Assembly (NCBI RefSeq): GCF_006345805.1
Contig: NC_043008.1
Location: 49,290,001 to 49,354,000, forward strand
Source: Octopus sinensis
Lineage: Eukaryota
Length of the DNA: 64,000 bases
Direction of reading: 5' to 3'
Below are positions 12,960-26,508 of this stretch, in pieces (within the stretch, counting starts at the first letter, position 1; every line of letters begins with the position of its first letter). The translations under genes were made by a program, and so were the position numbers. The notes under the pieces are model-generated. The model had not been told where the DNA came from. It worked only from the letters and a program-made list of their open reading frames with translations, and searched no databases.

Positions 12960-13304
12960 ACTCCTTTAATTGATTAATAAAAACATATTACTTCATTATA
13001 AAGAAGCCGTTTTTGTCAGGTGAATTCACGAACTTCAAAATAGAGGATATTCAAGAATGATTTACCATTGTTTAAAATCCATGGAGCAAAAACATTTACG
13101 GTGATTCTGCTACTATTTCAGTTGACAGAATCCATATAATGTATATATGATGGTTTGTATTGGCTGCTGTATAAAGTCTTGTAATTTATTTTGTACAACC
13201 TTGAAAAGGATCGTTTGTAACAAAAGATCAAAAACCTCAAAAGGATTTTCAAAAAGATAATTCTTCATAAAGGGCCAAACTAATAATTGGTGATGATGTG
13301 ATTG

Positions 13305-13530
13305 ATGAGGACGTTGATGGATGATGACAGCATTAGTGATGATAGCAATTTTGGGGATGATAATGACAATGTCGACGATGATGACAGAAGCTTCGATCCT
13401 CCTCCTCCTCCTCCTCATCATCATCATCATCATCATCCTCATTCTCATCATCATCTTCTTCATCCTCTTCCTCCTCCTCCTCCTCCTCCTCCCTCTTCCT
13501 CCTCCTCCCCCTCCTCCTCATCATCATGGG
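13305..13530. repeat. (GAT)/(CAT)/(CCT) trinucleotide compound repeat
   Basis: Direct inspection. Confidence 0.9.
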
Positions 13531-13744
13531 TGTTTATTTAGATGTTTGATTATAGATTTCCACTACTACAAACAACTATTATATATTTTTAAAAATCTTA
13601 TTCTATTTTATTTTTTGCTTGTTTTTACCCATTATTTATTTATTTTGTTACATATCTTGTCTTATCTGTTTAAATTAGTTGTTTTTTTTTTCTTCTTTTA
13701 ACCACAATCAACAGTTCCTCCCAAATTCCCCCACTCTCTCTTTC

Positions 13745-13782
<38 letters not shown>

Positions 13783-14188
13783 ACCAATTCCATGTCTGTT
13801 TTAAACTGAAATGTTAGCTATCTTCTTGGGAGTCTGGTTTGTTTCTTTTTTCATCCCCTTTTTTTCCTCCCCCTCCTCATCCCCTCTTGTCTTTTTTTTC
13901 TTTTTCTTCTTTATCTTTCAGTCCTTTTTTTTTATACTGCATTTGTCATTCAGAGGCAACAAATATTTCAGCAGAATCGCTAACTCATGTCTTCCCCCCC
14001 TCCTCTACTCCCTCACTCCTCCTCCACTCCTATTTTTTTTCTCTCTCCTCACCCCACCACCCTTCTCCTACCTGTGATGTTCGGTTAACTCCTGTCTGAC
14101 GTAGCACATATAAGAAAGACATATGTTAACTGACCTCACTCATCACACAATGTGCCCTTCCTAACCCTTCCTTGCCACGTCTGCTGAG

Positions 14189-14225
<37 letters not shown>

Positions 14226-14259
14226 AAAGGAAGGAAAGCTCTATCCATGACTATGCTGT

Positions 14260-14294
<35 letters not shown>

Positions 14295-14529
14295 TCACAC
14301 ACACATACTCACACGAAAACAAACTATACACACACATATAATATACATTTACATAAGCACTATATACATACATATACACACACTATATTATATATACATA
14401 TAGATATAAATATATATGTATACACATGCACACTTTATGCACACACCCACACATATATACATACACACACACACCATATATGTATGTATATATATATAAT
14501 TTATAGATTGGGGATTTTACCAATATATA

Positions 14530-14572
<43 letters not shown>

Positions 14573-14954
14573 CACGCACACACACACACACACTGCATAC
14601 AACCCACACCCTACATGTGTGAATGTGGTGTGTTGGAGGTAAAACCAGTCTTCTTATCTTTAACCTATCAACCAGTTTCCTTTGTCTTTGGTTTCATCTA
14701 TTCTTCTTCACTCACCTTTCTTTTTCGTGTTTTTCTTTCTTTTCCTTCATTCTCTTTCATTGTTTTTTTCTCTTTTTCTCCCTCTCCCCACAACTTCTCC
14801 CTTTCTTTGCTCTTTTTTTTTTTCTTTGTGGTACCATGGAATCTAACAATATAGGTTCAATTCTTGCTTAATACACCACCGGGAAGGGCATGAAAACCTT
14901 ATCTTCTTTACTATTATGATTGTTGTAGATGCTGGGTCCACATGGTCGATGCTA

Positions 14955-15203
14955 GGTCCACCTGACTTGCTCCTGTGCCAGTGGCATGTAAAAAGCACCC
15001 ACTACACTCTCAGAGTGGTTGGCGTTAGGAAGGGCATCCACCTGTAGAAACTCTGCCAGATCAGAGTGGAGCCTGGTGCAGCCTCCTGGCTTCCCAGACC
15101 CCAGAGTGGAGCCTGGCGCAGCCGTTGGCTCTCCAGACCTCAGCCAAACCGTCCAACCCATGCCAGCATGGAAAACGGACGTTTAACGATGATGATGATG
15201 ATA
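14955..15203 (+). mobile_element. RTE LINE 3'UTR fragment with internal duplication
   Basis: 'cagagtggagcctgg' duplicated. (GAT)n tail. Confidence 0.8.
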
Positions 15204-16024
15204 ATGACTGTACAGAAGCAGAAAATGCTTTAACAGGTTCAAAGTCTTATGTACCTTACTGGATTCATAGTTCAAGCATTTCATTAGCAGGGTCGGTAGA
15301 GCGTCAAACTGAAAGCCTTGTGGTATTTGTTCTGGCTTTGTACTCTGAGTTCAAATCTTACTGAGTTCAACTTAACTTTCTACTCTTTCGGTTCAATATA
15401 GAAGCACTCATCCAGTGTGGTGGGTTAGTGGAGCTATAAGAACATTAGACTAGATACCTTGTGGTGTTTGTTTCTGTTCTTTATGTTCTAAGTTCAAATC
15501 CTACTATCGCCCATCTAGGTGATCACCACTAGATACCTTGGTTCTTTCGGTAATGTCCACTCTATTGTAATCATTTGGACGGGGGTCACTGGCTTCCAGA
15601 AGACTTCCTCCATGTCTATCTCTCCCTCTCACTAGTCTTGGAGACCCTGTAAAAGGGTCATGGACTCTGCGTTCTCTTCTGGCTATAAAATAAAAACAAA
15701 AGATAAAAAACTCCGTATGGTGTCAGTTTATTTTACTCTGTTGTTCAATAAGTACCAGTAATATCTTTAGGAAGTTAGATTGTACCTGCTTTAAGATAAC
15801 AAAGACATGCAAATGACTGTAAGCTATAAATGTTCCCTATTTAATTGAGCATCTAATCTACTGGAGTCAAGGTAAAACAAATCATACATCATGAAATTAG
15901 CATTAGCTTATCTCACTCTTTCTCGTGGAACTCCTGGGAACCTTTTGCAGAACCCCGGTTGAGAAGTGCTGGAATGTGTGTAAAAAAAAAAAATTTAATT
16001 CTAATTTTGTATCCTAAAGACTAA

Positions 16025-16275
16025 AACTGGTCCTCAACCATTTTTTGCCTATGGACCCCTTTTGATTTTTTTTAAACTCAGGGGTTGGGTCCCTCATAGT
16101 CATTCACTGTCTAAAAACTCCTATATTTTTATGATTAAATATTAGGAATTCTATTAAAAATGTTTAAATATTTTGTAGATTGTAGAAACATAAACAATTT
16201 ATTGGACATAAATTTTGACAACAAAATCTTATGTCGACCTTCAAGGGCCATATGGACCCCGGTTGGGAGCCACTG
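16025..16275. mobile_element. hAT (Charlie-like) MITE
   Basis: Ends resemble CAGTGGTTCTCAACC / GGTTGGGAGCCACTG, with an imperfect 8-bp flank (gactaaaa / gcctaaat). Confidence 0.55.
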
Positions 16276-16499
16276 GCCTAAATTCAGGTGAAGGTAATAT
16301 TCTTTTACATGTTTTAGTCATTTGACTGTGGCTATAATGGAGAACTACCTTAAAGGGTTTTAGTCAAAGAAATCGGTCCCAGGACTTTATTCAGCACAAA
16401 TTCTTTGGAATATCAACTGCATTTAATAGGTATTTGTCTCAAACAAGGTGCCGTAGCTCAACTTTCAATGGCATCAGGCAATTAAATAAGTTTCTTTAT

Positions 16500-17048
16500 T
16501 TTGGATTTATACAATTTATTCCAAGGGGCCTCATGGAGGCAAGGTGGCTGAATTCCTTTCGAACAGGTCTCAAGGAAGCAAATTGGCTGAGTTCTTGGGC
16601 CTCATGGAGGCAAAGTGGTTAAGTTCCTTTCAAGTGTTGGGCCTCACTGAGGTGAGGTCGCTGAGTTCCTTTCGAATGGGTCTCGTGGTGGATGAGTTCC
16701 TTTCGAGCATTGAGCCTCTTGGAGGCAAAGTGGTTGAGTTCCATTCGAGTGTTGGGCCTCACAGAGGCAATGACCAAGACCTTTGGCATTATGTCGTGTT
16801 TGAGAAGATGATCCATCAAGCCAAGCAAAATCAGTCATGGCAGATACTGGTGTCACACAAATGGCACCCATACTGGTGGCATGTAAAAGCACCCATTACA
16901 CTCTAGGAGTGGTTTGTGTTAGGAAGAGCATGTAGCCATAGAAACCATGCCAAATCAGACTGGAGTGCAGCCTTCCAACTTGCCAGTCCAGTCAAACTGT
17001 CCAACCCATGCCAGCATGGACAACGAACATTAAATGATGATGATGATG
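16500..17048 (+). mobile_element. RTE-type 3'UTR variant with a ~40-bp subrepeat array
   Basis: Repeated 'ggaggcaaagtggctgagttcctttcga...gggcctc' units, followed by the shared RTE tail. An inverted relative lies at ~50050-50450. Confidence 0.7.
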
Positions 17049-17544
17049 AACATATGATTAAGTATTCTGAAGATGTATGGCCTAGTGGTTGCACTGTTGG
17101 ACTTGCTATTATAAGGTTATAGGCTTGTTCCTGGGCCAGGTGGCATGATGTACCCTTGAGCCAGATGCATCATTTTGTGCTGTCCCACTGTAGTCAGTAG
17201 AAAATGAGTACCAGCTGAGTGTTGGTGCAATCCTCTCTTCCACCAGTTATCACATGCTCAATATTTTGCAAGGTCAAAAGCAGGAAGGCTAAGAGGCTGT
17301 TTATGTCTGTTTGTGATTACATAGACACCTAAAACAATTAATGAAAGCATGGTATTAGTTCTAGCTGTCAGGTCTTATTCACTTATAAGTCCTAGCTAAG
17401 CAATTATTTTACCCAGACAAACAACAAAACATAGTCATGAAATTACAACCACTGCATTGCTTAAGCCAAAATCTCTTTATCAACTTGGCCGACTCACCTC
17501 TTTCGTAAACACCAAAGCCAAATGTGGGACTGGAATATTGAAGT

Positions 17545-17765
17545 AGTATATTTAAAACTAACCATATCCAGCCTAAATATTTTACCTGGTTTATGTTTGA
17601 AACTATCAAGATCCAGCCTCTTACACCCACCCTACAATGTCATTCTAAAAATATACAATCATATCAACGAAATCCCAAGTGTATGAGATTATGCATGATT
17701 AATTCAAACAGTGTGGATAAATAAGCATTATCTTTTTGACAGAGTAATCTGAAAGCTAAGGAGTG
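17545..17765 (-). mobile_element. piggyBac-type MITE (family P2), decayed
   Basis: Similar to 32921-33145 and 49700-49915. The P2 terminus ttaaccctttag is seen at 25974. Confidence 0.55.
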
Positions 17766-18506
17766 AGAGGAAAGCTACTAAGATAGTTTTGATTCCTGTA
17801 GTATCGTCAGTGCAGCATATGGTCCAACAATAAAGAATAAAATTCTAGAAGGAATAATACTAAGCCAATACCAAACTGTATTGTTATCAGACCATATGTT
17901 GGTTGTCTATGTTCTTGGAGTGTACTTGGCCTCAGCAGTACATACACTGAAATTGGAACACTACACAGCACAATACATATACAAAAATTTGGAATAATAC
18001 ACATAAAGCTCTTGGAGTGAGAGAATGCATGTGTTTGTTTAAGTGTTTATTATAGGAATCGGTAAAAGAAACAGACGATTCTATATCTGTTATTCATGCC
18101 AACAAATTTAAGCTAAAATTCTATAACGCTAATTTGTATATAAATAGTGATGTGTTTTAACAGGACCAATGGAATCTGTTTGTAAAGCAAAGTAGAAGGA
18201 ATGGAGCACATTTTATTTTCATGGAACATTTTTGATGCAAGAATGTTGGAGTGTATGCTTTGCAGTATTTGTTTTGGCTGCTTTCATTCTGAGTTCAAAT
18301 CCTGCTATGGCATGTGTGTGTGTAGGAGACTTTTATCCATTGCCCAGGTTAACAGCAATATCTGGCACATTGGGTTTGTTATGCTGCAAGAATTCAAGCG
18401 ATATTTCCACATTGAGGACATCTGTTCTCCTTGGGCCTTCCCTCCCTCCCACTAGTTTCAGAGGCCCTGAAAAGGATCATGGGCACTACCTTCCTTCCTA
18501 ACTAAA

Positions 18507-18534
18507 CAATAATAATAATAATAATAATAATAAA

Positions 18535-18594
<60 letters not shown>

Positions 18595-18700
18595 GATAAT
18601 AATAATAATAATAATAATAATGATAATAATAATGATAATGATAATAATAATGATAATAATAATAATAATAAAAATAATAATATAATCATCATCATCATCA
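18507..18700. repeat. (AAT)/(GAT) microsatellite
   Basis: Direct inspection. A similar tract lies at 19903-19970 on the other side of the LINE. Confidence 0.95.
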
Positions 18701-19902
18701 TCATCGTTTAGCGTCCGTTTTCCATGCTAGCATGGGTTGGACGGTTCTACTGGGGTCTGTGAAGCCAGAAGGCTTCATCAGGCCCAGTCAAATCTGGCAG
18801 TGTTTCTACGGCTGGATGCCCTTCCTAACGCCAACCACTCTGTGAGTGTAGTGGGTGCTTTTTACGTGCCACCCGCACTGGTGCCAGACAGAGCTGGCAA
18901 ACGGCCACAAACGGATGGTGCTTTTTATGTGCCACCGGCACGAGGGCCAGGCGAGGCTGGCAACGGACACGAAACGGAAAGTTCTCTTACATGCCACCGG
19001 CACTGGTAACACATCTGCAATTTCCATTGATCGATTTCGATTCTGATCGTCACTTGCCTCAACGGGTCTTCACAAGCAGAGTTTTGTGTCCCAAGAAGGG
19101 AAGGTATGCATACGTAGGCTGGCTCCATCCCATGTAGAAGGCCACGGGTTATGGACTCACTTGTCCTGCCGGGTCTTCTCGCGCACAGCACACTTCCAGA
19201 GGTCTCGGTCTCTAGTCATTTCCTCAGTGAGACCTAAAGTTCGAAGGTCGTGCTTCACCACCTCGTCCCAGGTTTTCCTGGGTCTGCCTCTTCCACAGGT
19301 TCCCTCAACCGCTAGGGTGTGGCACTTTTTCACACAACTATCTTCATCCATTCTCGCCACATGACCATACCAGCGCAAACGTCTCTCTTGCACACCACAA
19401 CTGATGCTTCTTAGGTCCAGCTTTTCTCTCAAGGTACTTACACTCTGCGAGTGTGAGTACCGGCATTACACATCCATCGGAGCATACTGGCTTCATTTCT
19501 AGCGAGCTTACGCATATCCTCAGCAGTCACGGCCCATGTTTCACTGCCATGTAGCATGGCTGTTCGTACACACGCATCATACAGTCTGCCTTTCACTCTG
19601 TGCGAGAGGCCTTTTGTCACCAGTAGAGGTAAGAGCTCTCTGAACTTTGCCCAAGCTATTCTTACTCTAGCAGTTACACTTTCAGCACACCCGCCCCCGC
19701 TGCTGACTTGGTCACCTAGGTAACGGAAACTATCAACTATTTCTAGTTTTTCTCCCTGGAAAGTGACGGAAGTTGGTCTCAGAGCATTTTCAGTGTTTAT
19801 TGTTCCTGAGCATCTGCCACATTCAAAAACCATCTTCCTAGTTAGCCTTCCTTTGACATTGCTGCATCTCTTATGTGTCCATAGCTTACACTTGGTGCAT
19901 CT
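18686..19902 (-). mobile_element. 5'-truncated RTE-clade LINE: ORF2 C-terminus, ~470-nt 3'UTR and (GAT)n tail
   Basis: LEIVDSFRYLG...AWAKFRELLPLL...LYDACVRTAMLHGSETW...RLRWYGHVARM...GRGRPRKTWDEVV...RDRDLWK are hallmark RTE ORF2 motifs. Confidence 0.93.
19157..19902 (-). pseudogene. RTE ORF2 C-terminal coding remnant with one frameshift near 19440 and a Cys/His zinc-finger-like segment
   Basis: Track ORFs 19438-20046 and 19157-19432 join after a 1-nt shift. The segment RCTKCKLWTHKRC...FECGRC precedes the 'V..F.YLG' motif. Confidence 0.85.
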
Positions 19903-19907
19903 TAATA

Positions 19908-19951
<44 letters not shown>

Positions 19952-20323
19952 AATGATAATAATAATAATTGCTTCAAATTTTGCCACAAGGGCAGGAATT
20001 CTAAAGAAAGGATGAGTTGGTTACATCGATCCCACCATTGTTTCATGGTACTTATTTTATCAACCCCGAAAGGATGAAAAATAAAGTTGACCTTGGTGGA
20101 ATTTGAACTCAGAACATAGTGACAGGCAAAATGTCAGCATTTCATCCAGCATGCTAATGATTCTGCCATCTCACCACCTTAATAATGATTATGGTGATGA
20201 TGGTGATGGTGATGGGAGTGGTGGTGGTGGTGGTGGCGGCAGCGATAATAATAATAATAACAATTGTTATTGTTATCATTATTATTGTTATTGTTATAAC
20301 TATTATTATTGTTGTTATTGTTA

Positions 20324-20373
<50 letters not shown>

Positions 20374-20705
20374 GTTATTGTTGTTATTATTATTATTATT
20401 AGCAGCAGCAGCAGTAATTGAAGCATCAGATGAATGAAACATTAATTACAAAGACAGTTTTATGATAATAATAATAATGAGATGTGATATTATAATTAGA
20501 ATATGAGCAGTTCCATGTTGAGTGCAAGGACGGAGTGTAGAGTTATGAGTAAAGGTGGAGTGAAGCTGGAGTTGTTTTTGGATGTCTTCCATATCAGGAG
20601 GGTTAATCTCTTTCACAGCTTGAGATTTCGCATGTCAGTTCTGAACCTACTTCACCTCCACACACACACACACACACTCTCTCTCTCTCTCTCTCTCTCT
20701 CGGCT

Positions 20706-20741
<36 letters not shown>

Positions 20742-20840
20742 CTGTATATTTGCAGGGGTTTGTATGTATATATGGATGGGTGTGTTTGTATATAAGAGTA
20801 GGTGTATGTAGGTATATTTATATGTTTGATGATATGTGTG

Positions 20841-20882
<42 letters not shown>

Positions 20883-21479
20883 ATGTATGTGTTTATATGT
20901 ATGTATACGTGCAAACAACACAATCACAGACACAGTCTGACCTCTAAAGTTCTGTCCTGGATGAACTGTGTTTATCTGTGAAAATCTCTACCGTTTCCTC
21001 CAGTAGTCTAAGACATCAATGTTATGTGATAGCCATCCACGATCATCCCTTATCTTGCATTCATCTACACAAGTTTGCCATCTTACAACTGTTTTTATTT
21101 CTTGTCTTAATTTTATTTTTACTTTATCCACCCCCTCTTCGTCACATTTAATTAATTAAAGTTTCTCTAAGAATATCGTATACACATGAAGCTACTCACA
21201 AAACCTCCTACCATGACTAACACTACCTTTGCCTTTGGTACCACAACTATGAGAATTTGTGTCTTTCTATGTAAAGATTATTATTATTATTATTATTATT
21301 ATTATTGAGTGAGGGAGTAGTGCATGCCATCGAAGTGACACTGAGGTACAAATATACAAGGCCCAGTATACCCATCATGGCTACCCGTCTGATAAGAGTA
21401 CACCAGGCACATGCATCATAACCATATGTGCGTGACAGGGTGATCTCATATCAAAATAAACAGCGCATGACCTTAGGGG

Positions 21480-22345
<866 letters not shown>

Positions 22346-23003
22346 TATTGTTGTTGTCATCGTCGTTGTTGCCGTGGTGGTGGTGGTGATGGATAATGAT
22401 GATGATTAAGAACTGGCAAGCCAGGAGGCTGCACCAGTGTAGTGGATACTTTTACATGTCACTGCATGGGAGCCAGTCAGGCGGCACTGGGCCATGCTTG
22501 AATGGGGCATTTTACCTGCCACTGGCACTGGCATCGATCACGCTCAAATGGTGCTTTTTATGAAAAAAAACAAAAAAACTCATCAAATTTAGCCCGAACA
22601 TCTTGTATTACTGGTATTTTTTGAGAATGATGAAAAACATTTCTATCATTTTGGTATTTTTATGTTCTTATTTCTCTCCCTTCTGGAACTTTAAATGTAT
22701 TTAATGGCTAATAACCAAGACTTAATTATTGTGACCAATATTACAACTTAATTATTGAGTTATGATAATGTTAAACCCTAATTATATAACAAGGGTGGAT
22801 TTAAAAGAATAAAAAGAAGAGCAACAATTAGGGAGTACTCAGGTATTTCATGACAATGGGTTTTGTGTTGTTGTTGTTGTTGTTGTTACAACAACAAATA
22901 TTCATTCTTGATACCCTCTGGCAGATTGGAGTGTAAGTAAATATCTGATCAATTGTTTTTTGTTATGAGAGAACACTCACCTCCCTTTAGACAGTGTATC
23001 ATC

Positions 23004-23395
23004 ATCATTTAACGTTCCTTTTCCACGCTAGCATGGGCTGGACGGTTCAACTGGGGTCTGGAAGCCATGGAGGCTGCACCAGGCTCTAGTCTGATTTGGC
23101 AGTGTTTCTACAGCTGGATGCCTTTCCTAACGCCAACCACTCCGTGAGTGTAGTAGGTGTTTTTTACGTGCCTCTGGCACAGGGGCCAGAGCAGGCTGGC
23201 AAACAGCCACGATCGGTTGGTGCTTTTACATGTCACCGACACGGACGCCAGTCAGGTGGCGCTGGCATCTGCCACGTTCGGACGGTGCTTTTTACGTGTC
23301 ACCGGCACGGGCGTCTTAACTACAATTTCCATTTGAATTTTTATATTGATGTTGATGTACTTGACTCAATAGGTCTCCTCAAGTTTATAACATTC
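23004..23395 (-). mobile_element. RTE LINE 3'UTR fragment
   Basis: Collinear with 18700-19070 and 43315-43760. Confidence 0.85.
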
Positions 23396-23413
23396 AAGAT
23401 TCACCGGTGTAAG

Positions 23414-23476
23414 GAGACTTTGAGACAGTGTGGTGTTTTGACCATATTGTGTGTCTCATCAGTCAAAAGTTGTCTC
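23414..23476 (-). ncRNA. Type I hammerhead ribozyme motif with extended bulged stem I and a G12A core substitution
   Basis: Minus strand: GAGAC-AACU-UUUGA CUGAUGA GAC-ACACAAUAUG-GUC AAAA CA-CCACAC-UG UC| UCAAA GUCUC. All three helices pair. Confidence 0.75.
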
Positions 23477-25299
23477 TTAGTCCTATGAATGTAACAAGAG
23501 CTTGATTTCTTGTTTATAGAAATCAGCAAACAAATTATTTACTGATATGTGCTGATGTCTGCCAAACTGATAATACTTCACGAGGTGCATGCAATGCAAA
23601 CAAGTGGTGTTGTGTTATCTTTCGAGGGAAGAGACCATATTGGTGGGGGTTTAACTGATAAATATTGTCGGTCATATGTGCATGAGAGAGAGGGAGAGAG
23701 GGAGCACACAGCTTTGACTTCATTATTTATAGAAATTATAGTGCTGCAGTAGTAGAACTGTGTCAGTGACCGGGTTGCAGTTGTGCAAGGATAATCTTGA
23801 TGCCACGAGAAATAAGTTTGTATTTGTGTGTTATCAAATGGCTACAGTGGCTGTTCCACAATGACAAAGTCACTTGATAAACAAATACAACTCTGAAATT
23901 ATTTATTTCCCTCGTTATTTCTTAATTACACTTTCAGCTACTTGTTAATTAACTTATCACTCTGTACATTGCTCCAAACATTGTTCAGCTGACTCCTGTC
24001 TCCTATCTGTTCTGTTTACTACTACAACAATAACTGTCGCATAACACATGTTGATTATATATTCTACCCTCACCTAAACCTTCTTAATACACATCTTCTC
24101 TCTCTTCTCCTCATCTCTCCTCAAATTATATTCTCCGTATTTTAACCACCACTCTACAACAGGAGTCACCAAACTATTTTTGTGATATGGCCAGGTAAAT
24201 GAGAGAACAATGAGTGCAGGCCAAATAACCATTTTGTTCAAGGTGGCATATGGACCCCTAGGGTTCATATGGCTCCCGGTTGAGAACCAATAACGGAGAG
24301 CAAGGGATCACCAAACTATTTTTCATGGTTCTGAGAGAACGACTGCAGGCTGAATAACCATTTTCTTCAATACAGTGAATACACAAAAAATAAAAACAAT
24401 CAACATATTTATGTCTCCAAAAGTTATCAAAGAAGGTGATGTTAGTGATGTTAGCAATAAGATAGTTATATCACACCCAGTGCGCACATATCCGAATCTC
24501 ACAAACGAAGCAGCAAAAAAGGTTGGTGAGATTTGTGAAACTGGTGTTTAGCTTTTATTAATTATTTGTTAGCAGCCTTGTTATTCACTGCTAAACTATT
24601 ATATGTTTCTGTGTGATGGAACACTAAGAGTTTTAACATAAGCAAGCATAGGGTCTCATATTTGTGTGTGTGTGTGGAGTTTGGTGGGTGTATGGGAGGG
24701 GAGATTAGTCAATGAAATCAACCTCAATACTTGACTGGGAGTTCATTTCATCAACCCCTGAAAGTGGGATTTGAAACCAGAATGTAACGAGCTGGAACTA
24801 ATATCACAAAACATTTTGTTTGATGCTCTACCAATTCTGCCATCATTGAATTGTAATTTTCTAATTTAGGTACAAGACCAGTTGGTTTAGGAGGAGGTAG
24901 GGTTACTTGATTAGATCAACCCCAGTACTTGACTAGTATTTTAATTTATTGACCCTGCAAGGGTGAAAAGCAAAGTCGATCTTGGCACATAAAGTATTGG
25001 GATAAAAACCACCCATTTTGTCCAATGCTCTGAGAACTGTGCTAAGCCACCATCTTTATATGGTGCAATAATAAAATGGTAACAATATTTAACTTTTTTA
25101 AGGTGGTAAGCTGGCAGAAATGTTAGCATGCCGGGCGAAATGCTTAGCAGTAATCTGAGTTCAAATTCCTCCAAGGTCAATTTTGCCTTTCGTCCTTTCA
25201 GGGTCGATAAATTAAGTACCAGTTGTGTAATGGGGTCGATCTAATCGACTGGCCACTCCCCCAAAATTTGGGCCTTGTGCCTAGAATAGAAAAGAATAT

Positions 25300-25523
25300 T
25301 TGACTCTTTTGTTACCCTATCTTTGAAATATTCTGCCCTTGTTTCTCCTATTTTTGAAAATAATGAAGAATTTAAAACAATTTGTCTTTAATCTATTTGG
25401 TGCTTGGAACATAAATTAGCCTGAAATTTTGATGGAAGGTTTTAATTGAGATCATTTCTAATGAGGAAGTTTGTATCCTAGAACCAAGGGTTGTGTCTGC
25501 TAGGTTGGTATCAAAAGGGTGAA
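25300..25523. mobile_element. piggyBac-type MITE (P1-related), decayed
   Basis: ttgactctttttgttacc ... ggtatcaaaagggtgaa are degenerate TTAACCCTTT/AAAGGGTTAA ends. Confidence 0.6.
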
Positions 25524-26116
25524 TTCCATATCTTGCCAAGAAAATATTCAAATATTTGTTTATTTATAAGGAATTATAGGAATCAGACAGTAAATTTTGA
25601 TTGAATGTCTGGTAAATTGAATAACTAAAGTGTGATACTGCAGCAGGAAGTTTAATAACAACTTGTATTTTCAAGGTTCCTTTTATATTTCATGTAATGA
25701 GGTTTATGTTGTCACATGTTGGCTTTTACTTTACATTTTCTTGGGAAAAAAAACATGTGACTTCTCCATAACTATTGATGGTACTGAACTTCCAGTTAAG
25801 AATGACAGTAATAGCACTTGAGAACACTTAAACACTTTTGGTAAACGGATGAGGACAAAAAACTCTTGCGAGGAAAAAATACTCCCACTGAATAGAATGT
25901 CAGTCTTTCATAGAAAGCATTCTTGGAAGATTTTGTGTCTGTTAGACAGAGTGATTCACAAAACGTTTTAGTATTAACCCTTTAGTATTCAAATTACTTG
26001 TTTATTCACATTGTTTGATTCAGATTCTATGCTACTTCAAGTTTTGTAAGCCCCTAACAGAGCCTGTCGCCTCAGGCTTGTGGAATAGCCAAACGAACGG
26101 AGAGGTATAGAAAGTT

Positions 26117-26200
26117 CAAGATGGCTACCGGGAGATGGGTCACAATTGGTCACAGAGGGTCACATGATGTCACAGTGGGTGATATTGGTTGCTAAGCAAC
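26117..26200. promoter_or_regulatory. Cluster of YY1-like (CAAGATGGC), E-box-like (GTCACATGAT) and RFX X-box-like (GTTGCTAAGCAAC) motifs
   Basis: Motifs read at 26117-26125, 26159-26168 and 26188-26200. Function is inferred only. Confidence 0.3.
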
Positions 26201-26268
26201 GTCATTTCCATGAGAAAAGAGAGTTTGTTAGACCACATGGTTGGACAAGAAACTGGTGGCATCAGTGT

Positions 26269-26460
26269 GTCCTCATCTTGTTTGTTGTTAACATGGTTGA
26301 TATACCCTCCAGCCTTCATCAGGTGACCTGAATAATAATATTAGTAGTAGTAGTAGTAGTAGTTGAAGTAGTAGTAATAGTTGAAGTAGTTGTAGTAGTA
26401 GTAGTAGTAGTTAATAATAATTAATAATAATGATTAATAATGATGATAATAATAATAATG

Positions 26461-26508
<48 letters not shown>

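Noticed and set aside
14072-14183. Minus-strand exon-like segment with a NAGNAG acceptor
   Set aside because: All three frames close before the GTAGGA donor, and the polypyrimidine tract is a (CT)n microsatellite.
17770-17818. CTGACGA...AAAA CTA-TCT-TAG TA on the minus strand
   Set aside because: Stem III pairs, but the core has A at G12 and stems I and II fail. At best a heavily decayed HHR.
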